NCBI GenBank assembly: GCA_005116955.1
Contig: SWDI01000002.1
Coordinates: forward strand, 416,954 to 480,953
Length of the DNA stretch: 64,000 bases
Reading direction: 5' to 3'
From: Nitrospira sp.
GTDB taxonomy: Bacteria > Nitrospirota > Nitrospiria > Nitrospirales > Nitrospiraceae
How positions within the stretch are numbered: position 1 is the first letter of the stretch; each line of letters starts with the position of its first letter. A model generated the notes under the pieces. That model was not told the origin of the DNA. It saw nothing but the letters and a program-made list of their open reading frames with translations, and ran no database searches. The position numbers and the translations under genes are program-made. Below, in pieces: positions 56,659 through 64,000 of this stretch.

Positions 56659-59451
56659 CTAGAACTCCTGGAATTCCTCCCCAAACTCGTTGGCATTGGT
56701 GCCCTTGCCTGCGACAAGGCTGGCCGGCACTGGTCTAGCTGACGCGGTCCCTCCACGCTGAGGGAGCTTGGATAGGCGCACCGGTGCGCTTGAACGAGAC
56801 ATCGCCCTCTCCCGTGGTTGTACGATCTCTCGCGAACGGTTCACGGCGGGAGCGCCCACCATGCTCTTGGCCGGCTCATGGTCTCGCGTCTTGAACTCGG
56901 CCACCTGACTGAGAAGCTCATTGGCCTGCTCCTTCATGGACTGAGCCGATGAAGTGGTCTCTTCCACCAACGCCACGTTCTGCTGCGTCGTCTTGTCCAT
57001 CGCCAGAATAGCGGTATTGGTCTGATCGATCCCGCTGGCCTGCTCCTGCGAGGCCGTGCTGATCTCCGCGATGATGTCCGTCACCCGCTTGACCGAATTG
57101 ACGATGTCTTCCAACGTCTTCCCAGACTGATTGACCAACTCGCTGCCATCCGTCACCCGTTGGATCGACTCATTGATCAACTCCTTAATCTCCTTGGCAG
57201 CCAACGCCGACCGCTGCGCCAGATTCCGCACTTCGGCCGAGACCACGGCAAACCCTCTCCCATGTTCACCCGCCCGCGCGGCTTCCACCGCCGCGTTCAA
57301 GGCCAAGAGATTCGTCTGGAACGCAATCTCATCGATCACCGTGATGATGTCGGCGATCTTTTTGCTACTTTTGTTGATTTCGTCCATGGCATCGACAGCC
57401 TGTTGCGTGACAGCCCGACCCTTGTCTGCCATCTCATGGGCGGTAATCGCCAGCTGATCAGCCTGCTTCGCGTTGTCCGCGTTTTGTTTGACCGTCGCGG
57501 TCATTTGCTCCATGGATGCGCTGGTCTCTTCCAACGAGGCCGCTTGTTCACTCGTGCGCTGGGAGAGATCTTCATTACCCTTTGAGATGCGATCCGCGCC
57601 AGAAGACACTGCCTCGACCGCCGCCCGCACCGTTGTCATCGTCTCCGAGAGGCTGTGAAGGGCGCCGTTCACATTGGCCTTCATCTGTTCAAACTCACCC
57701 TGATAGACCCCTGACATGCTGTGCGTCAGATCTTTCTTGGCCAGCGCAGCGAGCACCGTCTGCGCTTCACGCAGCGGGCTGGCCACGGCATCGAGCAGCC
57801 GATTGACAGCCTCTGTCAGCTCTCGTGAGGTGCCGCTGAACGCTCCTGTCTCAATCCGCTCGGACAACTGCCCAGCCGTCGCTGCCTTGATCAGTTTCTC
57901 GACCTCGACCTGCGCCTGTTTTTGGCCAGTAATGTCCATCGCCAGCAGGATCACCTTGAACGGTCGCCCCATGTCGTCCAAGACTGGGTTGTAGCTCGCC
58001 TGCAACCAGACCTCCCGTCCGCCCTTTCCCATGCGTTGGTATTGGCCGGCGTCATGCTCACCACGCCCAAGTTTCTCCCAGAAGGAGTGATACTCGGAGG
58101 TCCCGCGGTCCGACGGCGTCACGAACATGCTGTGATGTTTCCCCTTGAGTTCCTCCAGACTGTATCCCATCGTCTGGAGAAACAGGCCATTGGCGGTTTG
58201 AATCGTACCGGTGAGGTCAAACTCGATCGTGGCATACGACTTGTCGATCGCCTCCACCAGCCCCTTCATATTCTGCCGAGCGATCTCATGTTGAGTAATG
58301 TCGTAACGGACGCCCAAATACTTCCTCGGCTTGCCGTTTGGCCCCATAATGGGTTTGATCACCGCATCGACGTAATAGGGCGTGCCGTCCTTTGCTCGAT
58401 TCTTGATAATGCCCCGGAAGATCTCACCCCGTCCGATGGTCTGCCACATGGTCTTGAAGGTCTCTTTGGGCATGTCCGGATGCCGCGTGATGCTGTGCGG
58501 GCGCCCCATCATCTCTTCGCGTGAATACTTGGAAATTTCCATATACTTGTCATTGGCGGCAATGATGTCGCCCTTGAGATCAGCTTCCGACACGATGCTC
58601 GTCGTGTTCATGATGTCGATCCGAGCATTCATCTCCTCGATCGCCTCCTGCTGTTTCGCCGCTGACTGAGCCAGGGCCTCGCCCATTTGATTGAACGCGA
58701 TCGCCAACTGCCCTGTCTCCTCGGTGGTCGTCACGCGACTCCGCGCGGTCAGGTCTCCCTCAGCCAGCTTCTTCGCCGCGTCCAGGACATCCGACACATT
58801 CTTCGTAATACGCGTTGCAACTACCCACGCCGTCACCATACCCAGCAACGACATCAGAACGACGATGGCGATCAGCCCCCCCGTCAGCTGGACGCTCAAC
58901 CGTTGACTGCCCTGATAATTCTCTTGGGCTTGCGTTTCGTTTTCACTGATCAGCGATTGGAGGTTGCCAAGCATCGCCTCCCGAACCGGCGTCAGTTCAT
59001 TCACGCGCACCTCTGTCGCGCCGTCCTTGCTGTAGAGGCGACTGAGTTTCAAGACTTTTTCACGGACTTCCTTAAACTTCGCCAAGTTGCTGGCATACTG
59101 CGCAAACGCCTTCCGTTCCAAGTCGCTGACAACAATCGGAGCATACTGAGCCAAGAGGTCGTCGATCTCTTTGTCGATGGTCTCGATGTCTTTCTCCGCC
59201 TTGGCCACTGCGGCACTGTCGAAGGCCTGAATATGGAATCCAATCTGGGCGACCATTTTGTAATTGAGGGCTTTCAATTCGCCGAGCTCCTTGACCGGAA
59301 GCAAGTTCACCCGATAGAGCGCCTCCGTACGCTGGCTCAACTCAGACAGCCCCCAGGTTGAGAAGATCGTCCCGACCACCTGGCCGGCCAAGAAGATGCC
59401 CGCAATGACGATTAGCTTGTGAACGGTTTTGAGATTATCGAGCGTCTTCAT
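56659..59451 (-). CDS. Methyl-accepting chemotaxis protein 3 (4HB - HAMP - Aer-like PAS - PAS - MA)
   Basis: 930 aa starting [20 protein letters not shown]. The first PAS carries [41 protein letters not shown]. The second PAS is of the HHSMF type. It has the same signalling hairpin as MCP1 and ends ...GEEFQEF. Confidence 0.9.
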   Translation of the reverse strand: MKTLDNLKTVHKLIVIAGIFLAGQVVGTIFSTWGLSELSQRTEALYRVNLLPVKELGELKALNYKMVAQIGFHIQAFDSAAVAKAEKDIETIDKEIDDLLAQYAPIVVSDLERKAFAQYASNLAKFKEVREKVLKLSRLYSKDGATEVRVNELTPVREAMLGNLQSLISENETQAQENYQGSQRLSVQLTGGLIAIVVLMSLLGMVTAWVVATRITKNVSDVLDAAKKLAEGDLTARSRVTTTEETGQLAIAFNQMGEALAQSAAKQQEAIEEMNARIDIMNTTSIVSEADLKGDIIAANDKYMEISKYSREEMMGRPHSITRHPDMPKETFKTMWQTIGRGEIFRGIIKNRAKDGTPYYVDAVIKPIMGPNGKPRKYLGVRYDITQHEIARQNMKGLVEAIDKSYATIEFDLTGTIQTANGLFLQTMGYSLEELKGKHHSMFVTPSDRGTSEYHSFWEKLGRGEHDAGQYQRMGKGGREVWLQASYNPVLDDMGRPFKVILLAMDITGQKQAQVEVEKLIKAATAGQLSERIETGAFSGTSRELTEAVNRLLDAVASPLREAQTVLAALAKKDLTHSMSGVYQGEFEQMKANVNGALHSLSETMTTVRAAVEAVSSGADRISKGNEDLSQRTSEQAASLEETSASMEQMTATVKQNADNAKQADQLAITAHEMADKGRAVTQQAVDAMDEINKSSKKIADIITVIDEIAFQTNLLALNAAVEAARAGEHGRGFAVVSAEVRNLAQRSALAAKEIKELINESIQRVTDGSELVNQSGKTLEDIVNSVKRVTDIIAEISTASQEQASGIDQTNTAILAMDKTTQQNVALVEETTSSAQSMKEQANELLSQVAEFKTRDHEPAKSMVGAPAVNRSREIVQPRERAMSRSSAPVRLSKLPQRGGTASARPVPASLVAGKGTNANEFGEEFQEF

Positions 59452-59790
59452 GATTTCTCCAGCGCGGCTAGAGGGTGAGAGCCACGTACTACTGGGTTGA
59501 CCGGTAGCGTTATCATTACCTACTCGGATTCAGACTCCAAATTATGGTGTGTCCTGTGCTGGTCATACCCATGGATACCCTGACTCCACATCAAAGGCTG
59601 CTTCACTTCATATCCACCAAGGTCAGACAGGTCAAAACAAAAGCGCATTCCCTGCCACTCTTGTGAGAGTGCCGGAATACGCCTCCAACTGACAGGTCTT
59701 GCTCCTGCCCGTTCAGGCGATCAGGCCATAGGCCTGATCGTTATGAGATGCCTTCTTGTACCTTTATCGGCTGGGGAGGATGAATCTTGA

Positions 59791-59799
59791 GGGGGGGGG
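59791..59799. repeat. G9 homopolymer tract in the response regulator - MCP3 intergenic region
   Basis: Read directly as CTTGA-GGGGGGGGG-ACACAC. Confidence 0.9.
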
Positions 59800-59933
59800 A
59801 CACACGCTGAGGCGGGTCTCACACACTCCGCAAACTGAGGGGACAGATCGCCCCTGTCGCACGCGGCACGACACGGGCCAGCCAATCGGCAGATCCTGCT
59901 TGGTGGGAATAGTGCTGTGAGTCGGACGGGTGT

Positions 59934-60692
59934 TCACTCATCAGCGTGGAGCACCTGTTCGAGCTTGGCCCGAAGCAACCCCAGTTCTTTAGACCGAAAC
60001 GAATGTTTCGTCTTCGCGAGCACCTCGACCGTCCCCTCGAGCGCGCCTCGATAGGCGGTGAGTCTGGGGCACTCCATCATCCGGCACACATCCGTTGGCG
60101 CCTCGGCCTGGCCATGTAATTGGCTCCTCAGCACAGCACGGAGCCTATCGGACAGAATGGCCATCTGGGTAAAACTTTGCGAGAGATAGGTATCCAACGA
60201 CCAGGCCAGCTCCGACCCGTTTGCGCCGCTGCCCATCGGCGGGAGGTCCTGATTCAGATGTTCCAACGAGGCAACCAATCGTTTCGCCTCTTCACGCACG
60301 GCGGCCGTCATCCGCAACATCGTCGTCTTTTTGACCGCCTCGACGACCGCCCGACGCAGATCCGGCCAATCCACCGGCTTGAGGAGATAGTCGGTGAAGG
60401 ACAAACGAAGCGACTCTATGGCCGTTTGGACGGAGGGATAGCCGGTCACCAGTACGATCGGCAACATCGGGAAGCGGCTGCGGATGTCCCGGAGAAATTC
60501 GAACTGCATATTGCCCGGCATGCGGATATCGGAAATGAGGGCGTCGTGCTCCTTCGTCAGCAGCCGACTGGCCTCCTGCGAGTCCTGTGCGCAATCACAG
60601 CGATACCCTTCCTGTTCAAAGAGCCGGCACGTCGAGCGACGAAACGTGTCTTCATCGTCGGCCAATAGAATCCTGGGAGCTTCAGCAACCAT
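59934..60692 (-). CDS. Response regulator (REC domain + uncharacterised ~130-aa helical C-terminal domain)
   Basis: 252 aa. REC features are [11 protein letters not shown]...[18 protein letters not shown]...IVLVTGYP...DYLLKP. It overlaps the upstream kinase gene by 11 nt. Confidence 0.85.
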   Translation of the reverse strand: MVAEAPRILLADDEDTFRRSTCRLFEQEGYRCDCAQDSQEASRLLTKEHDALISDIRMPGNMQFEFLRDIRSRFPMLPIVLVTGYPSVQTAIESLRLSFTDYLLKPVDWPDLRRAVVEAVKKTTMLRMTAAVREEAKRLVASLEHLNQDLPPMGSGANGSELAWSLDTYLSQSFTQMAILSDRLRAVLRSQLHGQAEAPTDVCRMMECPRLTAYRGALEGTVEVLAKTKHSFRSKELGLLRAKLEQVLHADE

Positions 60693-63645
60693 GTGTCATG
60701 ACCTCCTTGGTAGTACGTGTCTGACCACGCGCATCAGCAACACCTGTCTGGCGTGGCAGTAGGATCGAAAAGGTCGATCCCTGCCCCAGCTCCGTATGGA
60801 CGTCGATCCTCCCCCCCATCGCCGCCACCAGACTTTGAGAGACTGAAAGACCCAGTCCCATGCCCTTCTGAACACCCTCAGTCTTCGTCGTAAAGAACGG
60901 ATCAAAGATATGCGGTAAGACCTCCGGGGAAATCCCTGCCCCTTGATCAGCCAACGCAATCTGGATGACCTCTGCCTTTTCAAGAATGTTCAGCGTAATC
61001 GTCGTCCCTTCACGGGAGCAATCGATAGCGTTGTTCAACAGATTCAGCAAGACTTGCAGGAGGTCGCTCCGCGGCACATCGAGTCTGTGTACCCCAGGCG
61101 CTGCCTCAACGACCAGCCTGAGTTGCCGCTGCTGCAACTGCTTCGCAAACAGAGCCTTAATATCCCCAATCATCGCCCGGAGATCGACGGTCTCCGCCTT
61201 ACCGGACTCCCGCCGGTAGAGCTGGTACATATTCTGAACGATAGACGAAACGCGCGCGATTTCCCGATCGATCAGGTCCACAAATTCGTACTGCGCATGT
61301 GCGGGATCGATCGCCTGCTTCACGAGGGTAAACGCGTTTTTGATCCCGGCGATCGGGTTGTTGATTTCATGGGCCACGCCGGCCGCAAGGCGGCCCAGCG
61401 CCGCCAGTCGTTCCGACTGGGCTCGCTGCGATTCCAGCTTGGCGATCTGGGCAGTGCGTTCGACAACTTGGCGTTCGAGCTCTTCCGTGTGCCGCAGCCG
61501 CTCTGCTTCCAGATGTTTCCGCTCGGTAATATCGCGGCCTGCCACCAGTCGAACTTCCTTCCCACGATACCTATAGGGCCTGACGACAACCTCACCCGGA
61601 AAGGTGATGCCATTTTTGCGACATCCCATGGCTTCATAGGGTCCAGTCACACCATTTGCCATGTTGGCCAGAACGAGGTCTCGAGATTCGTCCGCGATCA
61701 GATTAAAGATGGAGCGTCCGACGAGTTCGCCTGATTCGTATCCAAACATTCTCTCTAGACCGGCATTTACTTCGAGCATGATGCCCTGATCGTGGATGGC
61801 GATCCCGTCGAACGTCGCCTCCGTCAACAATTTGTACCGCAATTCGCTCTCGCGCAGAGCCGTCTCTGCTTGCCGGCGATCAGTGATATCGCGCACGACG
61901 GCGTAATCGAGTTCCTGACCGTCGTGGCACAGGTAATTCGCCACCACCTCCACGGGATAGATCTCACCGGACTTAGTGCGATGCCTGGTTTCCAAGCGCA
62001 ACTGCCCTGCTCGCGTAAGCCTCGCCCAACACTCACCCCATGCTGCTGGTGGAAAATCCGGGTCGAGATCCATAACGGACATCCTGAGCAATTCCTCTTT
62101 TGTATATCCCAGACGGTGACAGGCCGACTCGTTCACATCGAGGAAGAAGCCGTCCGGACCGATGACGAAGATTTGATCGGCAGCATGATCGACGGCGTAC
62201 TGGGTCGTTCGTAGACGAGCCTCCACACGCTGCCGCTCGGCAATCTCCTCCTGAAGCAAACGGATGGCCTGAGCGAGCTGCGCCGTTCGCTCGACAACTC
62301 GCTGCTCCAATCCATCATGCACTTGCTGCAGTGCCGCCTCCGCCCTCTTCCGTTCACTGACATCCCGGACATAGGCGCAATGGAATTCTTGACCGCCATA
62401 GGCGAGGAAACTCACACGAATATCGATAGGAATCCGCCGCCCATCCTTCGTCAGATGGACTGACTCGAACGATAGGGCTATCGTTCCTCTGGTCTCCTCC
62501 CAAAACCCCGGCCACATCTCCTTCGGGAAATCCGGATTCAGGTCGTGGACCGTCATACGCCGAAACTCGTCTGCGGTATAGCCCAGCATCTCACTCGCCG
62601 CATTGTTCGTATACAAAATCCTAGCTTGAGGATCGATCCAGTACACCGCATCCACTGCCTGATCCATGGCAAACTGCGTACGCTGGAGGCTTTCCTCTGC
62701 CCGCTTCTGTTCAGTGATGTCCTCTGAAATACCGAGCAAATACTGTGGTGTCCCGTCTATCCCAAAAATCGGCAGTTTCTTGGTATGCAGGATTCGTGGA
62801 CCGGCGGCGGTTTGGATGGTTTCTTCCGGAATATCCATGAGGCCACCATTGGCCAACACTTCACGGTCTTTCGTGGTGAAAAACTCAGCTTCCCGCTTGG
62901 GAAAGAAGTCGTAGTCTGTCTTGCCCAAAAGTTCGCTCCGGACTTTCCCTAATAGCGCTTCGCCCGCCCTGTTGAATCGCACAAAGCGAAGGTCGGAAGC
63001 CTCCTTTACAAACACCATATGTGGCAGGTGCTCCAAAACCGATGTGACGAATGCCTCCGATTGACGCGAATGTTCCTCCGCCTGCTTCTGCGTCGTGATG
63101 TCACGAAACGACGAGACCACGCCTGACGGCTGCTCACCCTCGCCCTCCATGATAGGCTGCGTATTGATCGAGATCCACACGAGCGAGCCATCAGGCCGAT
63201 GCACACCCATGACGACGTTCTCGCTGACGCAACCAGTTCGGAGCGTCACCATCGCTGGATGGGTTTCGCCGGGAAATGGGGAGCCGTCTTCGTGGATCGT
63301 GCGCCACTGCGGATCGAGCGAGGTACGGCCCAATACCTGGTCTTCTGTCAGTCCAAGAACCCGACAGGCGCTGGCGTTACACGAGCGGATGCGCCCATCC
63401 TGGTCCTGAATGACGACCCCCTCCGCCATCGCCGCCACAACGCTCCGGTACCGTTGTTCGCTCTCACGCAGCGAGGCTTCGAGTTGTCGGCGTTCAGCCA
63501 TCTCTGGGCGTAGGGCCCTATTGGGTTGAGCGCGTGCAGCGGCTCGCTTGTTGCCCTCCTGCTTGGATTTGCGGTGAGCGCCTGTCACAACCCTTGGGCG
63601 CTTCGGCGTGTTACCGGCCACGAGCAGCTCCTTGGCGCACAACAC
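60682..63645 (-). CDS. Multi-PAS sensor histidine kinase (five PAS domains + HisKA + HATPase_c)
   Basis: 987-aa ORF with a non-ATG start, so the exact start is uncertain. Five PAS units are each closed by a D(I/V)(T/S)E(Q/R)K(R/H).E-type linker. The H-box is [14 protein letters not shown]. The N/G boxes are [17 protein letters not shown] and GMGLGLS. There is no receiver domain, so it is not a hybrid kinase. Confidence 0.9.
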   Translation of the reverse strand: MLCAKELLVAGNTPKRPRVVTGAHRKSKQEGNKRAAARAQPNRALRPEMAERRQLEASLRESEQRYRSVVAAMAEGVVIQDQDGRIRSCNASACRVLGLTEDQVLGRTSLDPQWRTIHEDGSPFPGETHPAMVTLRTGCVSENVVMGVHRPDGSLVWISINTQPIMEGEGEQPSGVVSSFRDITTQKQAEEHSRQSEAFVTSVLEHLPHMVFVKEASDLRFVRFNRAGEALLGKVRSELLGKTDYDFFPKREAEFFTTKDREVLANGGLMDIPEETIQTAAGPRILHTKKLPIFGIDGTPQYLLGISEDITEQKRAEESLQRTQFAMDQAVDAVYWIDPQARILYTNNAASEMLGYTADEFRRMTVHDLNPDFPKEMWPGFWEETRGTIALSFESVHLTKDGRRIPIDIRVSFLAYGGQEFHCAYVRDVSERKRAEAALQQVHDGLEQRVVERTAQLAQAIRLLQEEIAERQRVEARLRTTQYAVDHAADQIFVIGPDGFFLDVNESACHRLGYTKEELLRMSVMDLDPDFPPAAWGECWARLTRAGQLRLETRHRTKSGEIYPVEVVANYLCHDGQELDYAVVRDITDRRQAETALRESELRYKLLTEATFDGIAIHDQGIMLEVNAGLERMFGYESGELVGRSIFNLIADESRDLVLANMANGVTGPYEAMGCRKNGITFPGEVVVRPYRYRGKEVRLVAGRDITERKHLEAERLRHTEELERQVVERTAQIAKLESQRAQSERLAALGRLAAGVAHEINNPIAGIKNAFTLVKQAIDPAHAQYEFVDLIDREIARVSSIVQNMYQLYRRESGKAETVDLRAMIGDIKALFAKQLQQRQLRLVVEAAPGVHRLDVPRSDLLQVLLNLLNNAIDCSREGTTITLNILEKAEVIQIALADQGAGISPEVLPHIFDPFFTTKTEGVQKGMGLGLSVSQSLVAAMGGRIDVHTELGQGSTFSILLPRQTGVADARGQTRTTKEVMTHGC

Positions 63646-63922
63646 CCATTTGAAAAAGACTCTGGACGGGAAATAACGTAGTCACGAGAAGAGGAGAAAA
63701 AATGAACTGCTGTTGACCGATGGTCAACCAGGCAGGGACAGAGCCAGATGACTGAGCCTTGAATAGGCCAGGAATGCCTGTCCTGATTATGCAGACTCCT
63801 TTCTATATCTATTAGGGTTCAATACTACTTACATGATTTTAAAAACCCTGTCTATCGATTGTTCTTCTGAGTCCGGATAGCCCTACGCTGCCGCGCACGG
63901 AACATCGACGAGGCCGATTCCG

Positions 63923-64000
63923 TTACCACTGCGTTCTGATAGGGTATTGAACGATGAGCGGATCGGGAGTCAGCAGCACGCAATCGTGCTCAATGGCCTG
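63923..64000 (-). CDS. 3' end of a gene running off-window, possibly a PIN/VapC-like nuclease
   Basis: My own minus-strand translation gives ...QAIEHDCVLLTPDPLIVQYPIRTQW* with stop TAA at 63923-63925. It resembles VapC C-termini, but only 25 codons are visible. Confidence 0.25.
   Translation of the reverse strand, partial: QAIEHDCVLLTPDPLIVQYPIRTQW

Noticed and set aside
59642-59657. Sigma-54-like element TGGCAGGGAATGCGCT (minus strand) upstream of MCP3
   Set aside because: The -24 TGGCA is present, but the -12 element is GCGC rather than TTGC and the spacing is ambiguous. No enhancer-binding protein gene is nearby, so the match is too weak to report as a promoter.
60943-61734. 263-aa plus-strand ORF inside the histidine kinase gene (similar cases: 61792-62214, 63095-63513)
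   Set aside because: It is antisense to HisKA/HATPase and PAS coding sequence with clear motifs on the minus strand.

Overview
Gene-dense chromosomal segment from a diderm bacterium; the phylum cannot be determined from the sequence alone. All calls rest on reading the ORF track and the DNA by eye, with no database search. I see five blocks. (1) 1-25.7 kb is a PEP-CTERM/exosortase exopolysaccharide locus. It holds a beta-barrel OMP (partial), a Wza-like export protein, the PrsT TPR lipoprotein, a WecA-family initiating transferase and a fused exosortase-EpsI. These are followed by two tandem VPLPA-type PEP-CTERM cargo genes with conserved non-coding flanks. The rest of the block holds glycosyltransferases, a heparinase II/III-like protein, two large oxidoreductases, a flippase, acetyl- and pyruvyl-transferases, a Wzy-like polymerase and a secreted beta-helix protein. 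(2) 26.4-30.8 kb is the most unusual part. Four co-oriented, displaced copies of the last ~200 nt of wecB lie downstream of the intact gene. Each copy is separated from the next by small toxin-antitoxin-type cassettes (RelE pair, PIN pair, DUF4258/DUF2283, DUF433/DUF5615, DUF2442), and no recombinase is visible. (3) 30.6-33.9 kb carries the nucleotide-sugar genes wecB, fcl and gmd. (4) 33.9-44.8 kb is a plus-strand type II secretion operon, gspC-E-F-G-H-I-J-(N-like)-L-M-K, with no secretin or prepilin peptidase gene. (5) 44.9-63.6 kb is a minus-strand signalling block. It contains an HptB/HsbR/HsbA-like partner-switching set (STAS, REC-PP2C, Hpt, REC-RsbW-like kinase) and cheB-cheD-cheR. It also holds three tandem 4HB-HAMP-PAS-PAS chemoreceptors, a response regulator and a five-PAS histidine kinase, but no cheA, cheW or cheY. 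Heptamer-based palindromic repeats mark several operon boundaries. No rRNA, tRNA, CRISPR array or transposase was recognised.
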